Below, piece by piece: positions 11,241 to 19,982 of a DNA stretch of 64,000 nucleotides. Made by a program: the position numbers and the translations under genes. The notes under the pieces were generated by a model. The model searched no databases, was not told where the DNA came from, and was given only the letters and a program-made list of their open reading frames with translations. The stretch lies in NCBI GenBank assembly GCA_963826535.1, contig CAWGXL010000011.1, positions 192,809 through 256,808 on the forward strand, read 5' to 3'. Position 1 is the stretch's first letter. Each line of letters begins with the position of its first letter. This DNA comes from an uncultured bacterium (GTDB lineage Bacteria > Patescibacteriota > Microgenomatia > Levybacterales > UBA12049).

Positions 11241-11289
11241 GTTCAATATTTAACATATTTTAATATATTTGTCAAAAAGTGTATTTTAT

Positions 11290-11318
11290 TTGACTTTATA
11301 TTATTTATGATTTATCCT
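11290..11318 (+). promoter_or_regulatory. Sigma70-type promoter of dapB, probably giving a leaderless transcript
   Basis: TTGACT-17 bp-TATCCT, followed by 6 nt and the ATG at 11325. Confidence 0.5.
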
Positions 11319-11324
11319 GCTAAG

Positions 11325-12203
11325 ATGTTTAGTGAACAAGCAAGATTATCATATCAACACTTAGGAGTAGAATCAGAGTTGAGACAAGACGTACCCCATG
11401 TTTTAGTCGTTGGACTTCCAGGTATAATGGCGACATTAGTTGCAGAGGCGCTGGTTCAGAATAAAAGTAAATATGAGTTATTGCCTTTTGCTATTACCTC
11501 CAATAGGCATAAAAGAGAATCTTTTCAAATTGGAGGTAAAAATATTAAATTATATGAATATTGCCCCAGAGGTGTTGGAGATATACCAGGCGTTATTGCG
11601 GTAGACTTCTCTTCCGGACGGGATGCAAATACTAATGCCCTCTTATATGTTATGAATGGAATTCCATTTGTAATGGGGACTACAGGAGGTGATAGTGACA
11701 CGATTGAGGAAAATGTAAGGAGAGGTTCGGTAAATGCGGTTATTGCTCCAAATATGGCTCCAGAAGTTGTACAGATTCAAATTGAGTTAGAAGATTTATT
11801 ACGAACTAATCCACATAAATACGCCGGGTGGAATGCCACTATTCTCGAGAGCCATCAGGCATCAAAGCAAGATGTAAGCGGGACAGCTATTGCGCTGCGT
11901 AAGCAACTGGAAGCACTCGGGGCGACTATAGGAAAGATCGATAGGATCCGTGATCCCAGAATTCAAAAAGAATTGGGCATACAAAACTTAGATGGACATG
12001 CATATCATTGGATTAACTTAGACGGTCCAAATGGAGAAACCCAAAAATACAATTCCGGAATTGAGGGACGCCAACCATATATTGATGGGACTTTAATGGC
12101 ACTTGATTTTCTTAATCTAGAAAATAAAAAAAAGAAAGCGGGATCGCCAGGTGAAGTTTTTTCAATGATTAAAGTTATTAGAGCAAGGAGGCAACATGAA
12201 TAA
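11325..12203 (+). CDS. dapB: Dihydrodipicolinate (HTPA) reductase, plant/deltaproteobacterial-type
   Basis: GLPGIMA, PFVMGTTGG, IAPNMA and ESHQASKQDVSGTA motifs; start moved from 11199 to the ATG at 11325. Confidence 0.8.
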   Translation: MFSEQARLSYQHLGVESELRQDVPHVLVVGLPGIMATLVAEALVQNKSKYELLPFAITSNRHKRESFQIGGKNIKLYEYCPRGVGDIPGVIAVDFSSGRDANTNALLYVMNGIPFVMGTTGGDSDTIEENVRRGSVNAVIAPNMAPEVVQIQIELEDLLRTNPHKYAGWNATILESHQASKQDVSGTAIALRKQLEALGATIGKIDRIRDPRIQKELGIQNLDGHAYHWINLDGPNGETQKYNSGIEGRQPYIDGTLMALDFLNLENKKKKAGSPGEVFSMIKVIRARRQHE

Positions 12204-13122
12204 AGAAGGAGCGAATTTTGGAAGATTAATTACAGCGATGGTCACGCCGTTTGACGATCAAGGTAAGCTCAGCGTGGAGAGAACCAAAGAACTGGCAACG
12301 CATTTAGCCGATAAAAAAAGTGATCTTGTACTTGGCGGCACTACGGGACAATCGGCAGGCTTAACAGATAATGAAAGATGGACTTTGCTAGACACAGTAT
12401 TGGACGCGGTTGGTGACAGGGTAAAAGTTATTGCCGGAACAGGTACAAGTGATACAGCTGAAAGCGTGAAACGATCACGTTTAGCAGCGAAGCAAGGAGC
12501 ACACGGTTTATTATTGGTGACTCCGGCTTATGTTAAACCTTCGCAGGAAGGACTTATACGTCATTTTGGGGCAATTGCGGAAGAGGTAGATATACCTCAA
12601 ATATTATATAATGTACCAACAAGAACAGCTGTAAAAATGCTGCCAGAAACTGTTCTCCGACTTGATCAAGATCACGCAAAAATTGTTGGTTTAAAAGAGG
12701 CAATTGGGACAAGTAATGAAGAAGGGCAAAAACAAGTAGCGATGATTATTGAGGGGAAATCTGAAGGATTTGAAGTGTGGAGCGGTAATGATCAAGACAC
12801 TTTGTGGATTTTACGACACGGAGGACATGGGGTAGTGTCAGTTGCTAGTCATATTACAGGAGATTTAATCAGCAGAATGATACAACACCATATAGTTAAA
12901 GAGAATGATCAAGCTCAAGAATTACATGAATATCTCATGCCTCTTTTCGAAGCCTTATTTCCTCCAAAATCTCCTGAGCCATCACCTTCTGCAGTAAAAG
13001 CTATGTTAAATTTAACCGGAATGAAAGTTGGAGGACTTCGGCCCCCACTATTAGAAACGCCAGATACTTATAAAGATAAATTGCAGGTCCTTTTAGCTCA
13101 ATATAATTTAGTCCCCAAGTGA
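12196..13122 (+). CDS. dapA: 4-hydroxy-tetrahydrodipicolinate synthase
   Basis: TAMVTPF, GTTGQS, LYNVPTRT and GLKEA (Schiff-base Lys); overlaps dapB. Confidence 0.9.
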   Translation: MNKEGANFGRLITAMVTPFDDQGKLSVERTKELATHLADKKSDLVLGGTTGQSAGLTDNERWTLLDTVLDAVGDRVKVIAGTGTSDTAESVKRSRLAAKQGAHGLLLVTPAYVKPSQEGLIRHFGAIAEEVDIPQILYNVPTRTAVKMLPETVLRLDQDHAKIVGLKEAIGTSNEEGQKQVAMIIEGKSEGFEVWSGNDQDTLWILRHGGHGVVSVASHITGDLISRMIQHHIVKENDQAQELHEYLMPLFEALFPPKSPEPSPSAVKAMLNLTGMKVGGLRPPLLETPDTYKDKLQVLLAQYNLVPK

Positions 13123-13188
13123 GCTTTTGGTATGAGTTATTCCATTTAATAAAATGACTACATATTTGGTATCTTTTTGACTAGCATT

Positions 13189-13602
13189 TCAAATTTCATT
13201 AAAAAACTTTAGGAATTGATCCGGAGTTACAATTTTTATTTCTTTATAAACTCCTGAGTCTAATAACTCTTTATCACCGGTAATAATATAATCACACCTT
13301 CCTTCCACTGCAGCTTCTAAGACACGGTTATCATCCATATCTTTTTGAATATTAATAGTATCTTTGGGATGAACAACCTTAAAGGATTCTTTTATTTCCT
13401 CTTCCACAAGCCCAATTTCACCTGCAGATAAAGAAAATTTCTTGATTAATACCTCAGTTAGCTCAGAAAAAAGTATAGGCGATATTATTCCTTGAAAATT
13501 CTCTTCATAGGCTAACTCCAAAATTTGTCTGGGTTTTCCTCTATAAATGATTGCAGATACAATAACGTTGGTATCAAGAACTGCTTGAAGTTTTTTTGCC
13601 AT
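13189..13602 (-). CDS. PIN-domain toxin
   Basis: VLDTNVIVSA, DDNRVLEAA and IITGDKELL PIN motifs. Confidence 0.85.
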   Translation of the reverse strand: MAKKLQAVLDTNVIVSAIIYRGKPRQILELAYEENFQGIISPILFSELTEVLIKKFSLSAGEIGLVEEEIKESFKVVHPKDTINIQKDMDDNRVLEAAVEGRCDYIITGDKELLDSGVYKEIKIVTPDQFLKFFNEI

Positions 13603-13834
13603 GTCTAAAGCCGTAGACTATTTTATCTATTTCTTCCTCGCTTTTAATCCCCATTCTTTTAGCTGCTTTTTCCCCTGCCTCAAAAATCCTGTTCCACTTA
13701 GCTTTCCTTTCTATATATGCGTGCAAGGCTTGTCTGATTAACTCACTACGATTTTTATATTCTTTTTTGGCAACTTCGTCAACTTTTTTGACTAAATCTT
13801 TTGGCAAAGCAATATTTAAAGTCTGTGTTTGCAT
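13574..13834 (-). CDS. Ribbon-helix-helix (CopG/NikR-like) antitoxin
   Basis: LNIALPKDLVKKVD..NRSELIRQAL; overlaps the toxin gene; TTGACA/TACAAT promoter upstream. Confidence 0.85.
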   Translation of the reverse strand: MQTQTLNIALPKDLVKKVDEVAKKEYKNRSELIRQALHAYIERKAKWNRIFEAGEKAAKRMGIKSEEEIDKIVYGFRHGKKTSSSS

Positions 13835-13870
13835 ATACAATTATTGTATCAAACTTGTATATAATGTCAA

Positions 13871-16021
13871 TTACGAAAATTCTTTAAATAATTTTGTTTG
13901 TATCCATCCGATCTCTACATAGGAGTACTCTTCTCCCAGTTTTTCTTTCACGGGTGACAGACGTTCAATGCCGAGTTGGCGGAAGGCCTTAATGATAATT
14001 TTCTGTTTAGTCTGTGGCACGAATGCATCTATATTTATTGGTTTTCCTTGAAGATATGCTTGTTGCAGATGTCTGTGAATTGTTTCTTCTGTGAATCCGC
14101 GAAGGCCTGCAATTTGTGCGACTGTTTTTCCTTTTTGAAACAAGGCGTGCGTCACAGCAATAGTTTCAGGGTTGGTGGATATTCTTTTGATTTTCTTTTT
14201 TCGATTAGTTTGTAACGGTGTAATATTTAGCGGCTTACAGTAGGTTATAATTTCATTCAGAAAAATTTGTCCATACTTTTTTAGCTTTTCTTCTCCAACA
14301 CCGTACATATTAGAAAATTGCTCCAGGGTTTGCGGAAAAAAGGCCGACATATCTTTCAAGCTTGTATCTGCAAAAATAATATATGGCGGTACTTTTTGAT
14401 CATCAGCTATTTTCTTGCGTAATACACGCAGGCGATTAAAGAGTTGCTTATCGATTTGGGTGTCTGACTCCTCTACTTTTTCGCTTTTACGAATTATCTG
14501 CTCTTGGGGCTTAGTTAACTGCACCTTTTCGCGACCTTTGAGCACTGCGGTGCTTTTTGGGGTTAAAAAGAGAATGCCGTATTGGTCCTGGCTTTGTTTT
14601 AAAAATCCCTGTTGTATGAGCTCATAGATAAATGTTTTTACATCGCCCTTGTTAAACTCTTCAATAATGCCATAGGTTGAGAGTAAATGGTGATTGTAGC
14701 GCAAAACATTTTTGTCTTTAGAGCCGGTGAGAATGCGGACTATATGAGTGACTCCAAAACGCTGTTGCGTTCGGTAGATACAAGAGAGGATTTTTTGGGC
14801 GGTGATTGTGGCGTCGAAAGTTTCCTTCGGGGAAAGACAATTGTCACAGGCGTCACACTTTTGCACTGCCGAGGTTTCAGCAAAGTATTGTAGAAGTTGA
14901 ACTCTGCGGCATATTTTACTTTGAGCAAAGTCGATCATGCGCTGCAGTTGTGCTTTGGCAATACGCTGCTCATCTTCTGATTGCTTATCGGTGATAAAGC
15001 GTTCATAGAAAAATTTGTCTCCATAACTATAGAGCATGAGGCAAACGCTGGGAAGTCCGTCCCGTCCGGCGCGGCCGGTTTCTTGATAGTAATTTTCAAG
15101 ACTACGCGGGAGATCATAATGAATAATATAACGCACGTTGGGTTTATCAATGCCCATGCCAAAGGCAATTGTGGCGACAATTAAATCGACATCTTCACGG
15201 ATAAAGCGATCCTGGTTAAGTTTGCGGATATTGTCAGGTAGGCCGGCGTGATAAGGCAGAGCTTTTATGCCTTGGTCCTGCAGACGCCGGGCGATATTTT
15301 CAACTGTTTTTCTCGATTGGCTGTAAATAATCCCCGACTCACTTTTATGCTCAGAAATGTAATCATATGTTTGAGTAAACGCGTCAAGTTTCCGGGTAAT
15401 CCGATACATTAAATTCGGGCGGTTAAAACTTGCAGTATATGTTCGTACATTATATAAACCGAGCCGCTCAATGATATCGTTTTTCACCCGTGGCGTGGCG
15501 GTGGCGGTAAGAGCAACAAGTGGTTTGTCGGGAAATTGTTTCTTGATCAGGTCAAGCTGGCGATATTCAGGCCGGAAATCATGTCCCCATTGCGAGATGC
15601 AATGCGCCTCGTCGATGGCAAAAAAGTTAATTGGTAGTTGTTTGAGGATATCTAAAAAGTGATCCTGTACCAGTCTTTCCGGCGCAACATAGAGAAGCGT
15701 GAGCTTATTGGTTTGCAATTGTTGCAAAACATTATGCTGTTCACTTAGCAATAAAGAGCTATTTAAATATGCGGCCTGGATGCCGTTTTGGACAAGATTG
15801 TCGACCTGATCTTTCATGAGTGATATAAGCGGAGAGATGACGATTGTAACGCCTTTTTGCATAATGCTCGGCAGTTGATAGCACAATGATTTTCCCCCGC
15901 CTGTGGGCATAAGGACAAAGACGTCTTTATTCGCCAGGATATCCTGAATAATTTCTTTTTGCAAAGGTCGGAATGACGAATAGCCAAAATATTGTTGTAA
16001 CGCAGTTTCAAGTTCACTCAT
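13871..16021 (-). CDS. recQ: ATP-dependent DNA helicase RecQ
   Basis: MPTGGGKSLCYQLP, DEAHCISQWGHDFRP, QETGRAGRDG, RQC Cys cluster, HRDC and C-terminal HTH; start placed at MSELE. Confidence 0.95.
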   Translation of the reverse strand: MSELETALQQYFGYSSFRPLQKEIIQDILANKDVFVLMPTGGGKSLCYQLPSIMQKGVTIVISPLISLMKDQVDNLVQNGIQAAYLNSSLLLSEQHNVLQQLQTNKLTLLYVAPERLVQDHFLDILKQLPINFFAIDEAHCISQWGHDFRPEYRQLDLIKKQFPDKPLVALTATATPRVKNDIIERLGLYNVRTYTASFNRPNLMYRITRKLDAFTQTYDYISEHKSESGIIYSQSRKTVENIARRLQDQGIKALPYHAGLPDNIRKLNQDRFIREDVDLIVATIAFGMGIDKPNVRYIIHYDLPRSLENYYQETGRAGRDGLPSVCLMLYSYGDKFFYERFITDKQSEDEQRIAKAQLQRMIDFAQSKICRRVQLLQYFAETSAVQKCDACDNCLSPKETFDATITAQKILSCIYRTQQRFGVTHIVRILTGSKDKNVLRYNHHLLSTYGIIEEFNKGDVKTFIYELIQQGFLKQSQDQYGILFLTPKSTAVLKGREKVQLTKPQEQIIRKSEKVEESDTQIDKQLFNRLRVLRKKIADDQKVPPYIIFADTSLKDMSAFFPQTLEQFSNMYGVGEEKLKKYGQIFLNEIITYCKPLNITPLQTNRKKKIKRISTNPETIAVTHALFQKGKTVAQIAGLRGFTEETIHRHLQQAYLQGKPINIDAFVPQTKQKIIIKAFRQLGIERLSPVKEKLGEEYSYVEIGWIQTKLFKEFS

Positions 16022-16059
16022 ATCTATTTTAATTATAGCAGTTACTAAATCGACTGCAC

Positions 16060-16088
16060 TTGACATTGAACGATTGTTCAATTATAGT
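16060..16088 (+). promoter_or_regulatory. Consensus sigma70 promoter of the lexA-like gene
   Basis: TTGACA (16060-65), 17 bp, TATAGT (16083-88). Confidence 0.8.
16066..16081. promoter_or_regulatory. Putative LexA operator (SOS box) 1
   Basis: TTGAACGATTGTTCAA, a GAAC-N4-GTTC palindrome filling the -35/-10 spacer. Confidence 0.8.
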
Positions 16089-16093
16089 AGGTC

Positions 16094-16109
16094 TTGAACG
16101 ATTGTTCAA
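16094..16109. promoter_or_regulatory. Putative LexA operator (SOS box) 2
   Basis: Identical TTGAACGATTGTTCAA 28 bp downstream, over the predicted TSS. Confidence 0.8.
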
Positions 16110-16119
16110 TAAGGATACT

Positions 16120-16695
16120 ATGGATATTGAGGCAGCAAAGAGCAAGTTCCGGAAGTTTTACAGCAGGCAGAAACGGCTTCCAACTTATGAGGAGATCTGC
16201 CGGCTTTTTCATTTTAAGTCGAAGAACGCGAGCTTTTATTTGGTTAATAAACTCGTCAAGGCAGGGGTACTGGGGAAAGATGAAAAAGGTAAACTCTTTC
16301 CCCGCGGGCTTTTTCAGATCCCACAGCTGGGAATTATTCACGCAGGGTATCCGGCAGCAGCTGATGAAATGCATGATAATAGTCTTGATCTGTATCAATA
16401 TATTCTTGATCTTCCGGGACAGATCTTTTCCCTTATTGTGAAAGGCGATTCGATGATCGATGAGGGAATAGTAGACGGAGATATTGTGATCGTTGAGAAA
16501 GGACGCGAGCCAAGAAATGATGATGTCGTAGCGGCCTGCATTAACAATGAATGGACGGTCAAGTATTTTAAAAAACGGGACAATGAAGTACTACTAGTGC
16601 CGGCAAATTCACTTTATCCGGTTATTCATGCCAGCCAAAAGGATGAGCTATTAATCGGCGGGGTGGTTATTAGTGTTATCAGAAAATATCATTAG
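16120..16695 (+). CDS. lexA: LexA/UmuD-like repressor (HTH + S24 peptidase)
   Basis: LPTYEEIC wHTH, HAGYP Ala-Gly cleavage site, VKGDSM catalytic Ser, TVKY catalytic Lys. Confidence 0.8.
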   Translation: MDIEAAKSKFRKFYSRQKRLPTYEEICRLFHFKSKNASFYLVNKLVKAGVLGKDEKGKLFPRGLFQIPQLGIIHAGYPAAADEMHDNSLDLYQYILDLPGQIFSLIVKGDSMIDEGIVDGDIVIVEKGREPRNDDVVAACINNEWTVKYFKKRDNEVLLVPANSLYPVIHASQKDELLIGGVVISVIRKYH

Positions 16696-16728
16696 CTATT
16701 AAGAGTCTGTTTGAAAAACCTAAATCAC

Positions 16729-16829
16729 TTGTCATTGCGAGGAGGAGATCCTTCGCTATGCTCAGGACAGGCTGCGCAATCTCTATAATAAAGATTGCCA
16801 CGCTCCTTATCAGTCGCTCGCAATGACAA
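16729..16829. repeat. REP-like palindromic element with a nested second element
   Basis: Terminal inverted repeat TTGTCATTGCGAG/CTCGCAATGACAA, inner GCAATCT/AGATTGC, insert CCTTCGCTATGCTCAGGACAGGC. Confidence 0.7.
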
Positions 16830-16835
16830 AAAGAA

Positions 16836-17093
16836 ATGAATGAGATTATTAATGAGAAGGTCAGTGTCATTAGTAAATATGACAAAACGAGGGGTACTTT
16901 CTTGCCGGTCAAATTACAATGGCAGGGTAAGGTGAGGCTTATTACTCAAATTGGCTTCCATCATACAAAGCGGCAGGGAAGAAAACTTATTCATATTTTC
17001 AGTGTAACAGATACATCTTTGTGTTATTACCTCAGTCTTGATACTGAAACTTTGCACTGGATACTTTTGGAAGTGTCGGATGGAAACGGGTAA
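16836..17093 (+). CDS. Small beta-rich protein between lexA and dinB (DUF6504-like; possible polymerase accessory)
   Basis: 85 aa, pattern P.kl.W.G...i.....H.......hiFsV........L..d.....W.L; operonic position. Confidence 0.55.
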   Translation: MNEIINEKVSVISKYDKTRGTFLPVKLQWQGKVRLITQIGFHHTKRQGRKLIHIFSVTDTSLCYYLSLDTETLHWILLEVSDGNG

Positions 17094-17095
17094 GT

Positions 17096-17223
17096 AAATT
17101 CAAAATCCAAAGCACCAAATTCCAAATAAATTCTAATATCAAAATTCCAAATTAGAAACGTTTTGGATTTTGTTATTTGTATTTTGATATTATTTAGGAT
17201 TTGTAATTTTGGATTTGTAATTT
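17096..17223. repeat. Heptamer-periodic imperfect inverted repeat (copy 1)
   Basis: CAAA-rich 7-mers, central AAACGTTT, then TTTG-rich 7-mers; ends at the dinB ATG. Confidence 0.7.
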
Positions 17224-18459
17224 ATGCAGTTAGCAATAAATAAAAATCCTCCGCTCATAATGCACATGGACCTCAACTCTGCCTTTGCTACTATTGAGCA
17301 GCAGGCTAATCCCCTGCTTCGCGGTAAGCCGATGGTGGTTGCCGCATATAATAGTCCTCGAGGATGCGTACTGGCGGCATCGATTGAAGCGAAACGATTT
17401 GGGATTAAAACCGGCATGAGAGTACAAGACGCAAAGCTATTATATAATAATTTGGTTGTCCGTACCCCGGATCCCACAAAATACCGGGCGGTTCATCTTA
17501 TGTTCATGCGGATTCTTCAGGATTACTCCCCTCACGTTACTCCGAAGTCGATTGATGAAGCAGTGATTGATTTTACCGATACATATGACTTAAATAAATG
17601 CGACCTTATTGATATTGGCCGCGAGATTAAACAACGATTCAGAAGAGAGATTGGCGAGTGGATTTTTTGTTCGATTGGCATTGGACCTAATAGGTTTTTG
17701 GCAAAACTGGCGGCATCCATGCACAAACCTGATGGCCTGGCAGTTATAGATCACACAAATCTAATTGGTACGTATAGTAGGGCAAAACTTATTGATTTGC
17801 ATGGCATTAATACGCGGTATCAGGCGCGACTGAATGCTTATGGCATTTTTACGCCGGTTGATTTTTTCCATGCTTCACTTGAGAAGTTGCAGAAACAGAT
17901 TTTTAGAAGCATCTTGGGGTACTACTGGTACACGCGACTTCGGGGATGGGAAATTGACGCAGTTGATTTTAAAAGGAAAAGTTATGGAAATAGTTATGCT
18001 TTGAAGAAACAAACAAATGATTCAAAGGTACTAGCTAAACTCTTGATGAAATTGTGTGAGAAAACGGGCAGGCGGCTGCGGAGAAATGGCTATTGCGGCC
18101 AAGGAGTCCATGTAGGATGCTTATATACAGATCACACATATTGGCATATGGGGAGAAAATTTGATCTTCCTGTGTATACAACGCAAGAAATTTATTTTCG
18201 AGCGCTTACGCTTATGAGTCTATCAGGATATAAAAAGAAAGTGGCGGAACTGGCAGTGAGGGTGTATGATCTTATACCAAATTCGGATGAACAGCTTAAA
18301 ATTTTCTCTTCGCCTACTCATGCGGTATCAAAAGCAATGGACGAGATTAATGATACTTATGGAGAGTTTGCGGTTACGTCGGGGCTCCTAATGGGGATGG
18401 GGAATACAATTATTGACAGGATCTCTTTTGGCGGAGTGCGAGAGCTTGAAGATATTTGA
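17224..18459 (+). CDS. dinB: Y-family DNA polymerase (DinB/UmuC-like)
   Basis: HMDLNSAFATIE, AASIEAKRFGIKTGM, SIDEA, LAKLAASMHKPDG. Confidence 0.85.
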   Translation: MQLAINKNPPLIMHMDLNSAFATIEQQANPLLRGKPMVVAAYNSPRGCVLAASIEAKRFGIKTGMRVQDAKLLYNNLVVRTPDPTKYRAVHLMFMRILQDYSPHVTPKSIDEAVIDFTDTYDLNKCDLIDIGREIKQRFRREIGEWIFCSIGIGPNRFLAKLAASMHKPDGLAVIDHTNLIGTYSRAKLIDLHGINTRYQARLNAYGIFTPVDFFHASLEKLQKQIFRSILGYYWYTRLRGWEIDAVDFKRKSYGNSYALKKQTNDSKVLAKLLMKLCEKTGRRLRRNGYCGQGVHVGCLYTDHTYWHMGRKFDLPVYTTQEIYFRALTLMSLSGYKKKVAELAVRVYDLIPNSDEQLKIFSSPTHAVSKAMDEINDTYGEFAVTSGLLMGMGNTIIDRISFGGVRELEDI

Positions 18460-18468
18460 TGAATTATT

Positions 18469-19947
18469 TTATATAGCAATAGAGGGATTTAGAATTTCTA
18501 CCGAATAATTGTAATCCGGCGGGCAGTGGATTTGAATATAGGAATTTATTGCCCGGGTATCGTAGTCAAATATTATTACTTTTGCACGATAGAGATGCTG
18601 ACAATTGAATTGGGACGTTCTTAGAATATAAAAGGGGACTTTTTCTAAATTGTATGCCTGGCGCATATGATTTAGATCTTTATAGACAAAGTAATTTCTT
18701 TCGGAAAGCAGGAGGATGTTGTTTTGCTTGATATTATTTATTTGCGCATCTTGTAGAGATTTTATTAGCAATGCGGTACCGGTATAACCGGAAATGTTAA
18801 AAACCCCGATTTGGCTTAGATGGAAGTTCAGTAAAAGAACTAAGAACAGTATAGGAATTATAAAATAGTTGGGTATTTTTTTTAGAGCATAGAACAATGC
18901 AATGCCAGCAAACGCCGCTCCAAATGGCAAGAAAAAAATTCCTCTCGTAGTGGGGGCATAGGCATAGGGGGAGGTAAAACCAATAATAACGCACGCGCTA
19001 ATGTAGGCTAACAAGAGAAAAAGATATTTACTCTTTCGCAAATGGAAAATTACAATAAAGGTTCCCAGTAGGGCGAATATTATTGTTACAACATCAAGAT
19101 AGGGGCCTGCAACAAATTGATTAAAGAGATAATCATAATTCTTGTAAAATAGCAGGAAGTTATGAAAAATATTCTTTAGGATTTGTGTATTGTCTGTAAA
19201 TTCCATATGTATAATTGTTTTTCCGGCAGGGCCGCCCAATGAAGATAATTGCAAAAGTGCCGGTAAGAGTAAAGATACATATCCGAGAATAAAAAAAGGG
19301 CTAAGGCGCAAGGCTTGCTTTATTGTTTTTCCAGCTAACAGGGGCAACAGGAACGGCCATATTATTAAGGGGAAAATCGGTCCGATATAGATATAGAATG
19401 AAAAGCCCAGCAATATACCAAGAATAAAAAAGTTTTTCTTTGAGGGGTGTTTGGCGCAGACAACCGAGTAATATGAACAAATGATAAGTAATGCAAGGGC
19501 TTGCGGCATATTCTTGCCGACTTTGAAGAAATTAGCAAGATAAAAAGAACATTGAAGAAGTATTGTGCTAAAAAGAGCAATTTCCGGATTAAATGATTTC
19601 TTCATCCATTTATAAAAGAAAATCGTTATTGGGATTATGAGGACGATATTGGATAGCCGCCAGGCAAAATTTGAAAATCCGAATAGTTGCAAAAACAATG
19701 CCTGATAGATGCTGGAAAGAGTGGTGTTTTGCGAGTAAACACCATTAAAATCAAAAGGGTTTACGAGAAAATTTTTCATAACGATTTCTTTGGCAAAAAT
19801 ATAAAATGGCCATTCATCACCAACAAAGGAAAATTTCCAGGAATTAATATTCCAACTGTAGTAAATAAGGGCAAGACATGTTGTGAGAAATAGGATTTTT
19901 GTATGAGTATGGGTGGAGAAAAATTTTTTTAGGGAAATCTTGTCCAT
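18469..19947 (-). CDS. ArnT/PMT-like GT-C glycosyltransferase
   Basis: N-terminal TM followed by GDE, FGFSNFAWRL, multiple TMs. Confidence 0.65.
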   Translation of the reverse strand: MDKISLKKFFSTHTHTKILFLTTCLALIYYSWNINSWKFSFVGDEWPFYIFAKEIVMKNFLVNPFDFNGVYSQNTTLSSIYQALFLQLFGFSNFAWRLSNIVLIIPITIFFYKWMKKSFNPEIALFSTILLQCSFYLANFFKVGKNMPQALALLIICSYYSVVCAKHPSKKNFFILGILLGFSFYIYIGPIFPLIIWPFLLPLLAGKTIKQALRLSPFFILGYVSLLLPALLQLSSLGGPAGKTIIHMEFTDNTQILKNIFHNFLLFYKNYDYLFNQFVAGPYLDVVTIIFALLGTFIVIFHLRKSKYLFLLLAYISACVIIGFTSPYAYAPTTRGIFFLPFGAAFAGIALFYALKKIPNYFIIPILFLVLLLNFHLSQIGVFNISGYTGTALLIKSLQDAQINNIKQNNILLLSERNYFVYKDLNHMRQAYNLEKVPFYILRTSQFNCQHLYRAKVIIFDYDTRAINSYIQIHCPPDYNYSVEILNPSIAI

Positions 19948-19982
19948 GCTAATAAGTATAATTGATTTATTAATAAAATTAT

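Noticed and set aside
16679-17477. Minus-strand ORFs 16679-16912 and 17190-17477
   Set aside because: They translate the palindromic or heptamer repeats and overlap real genes.
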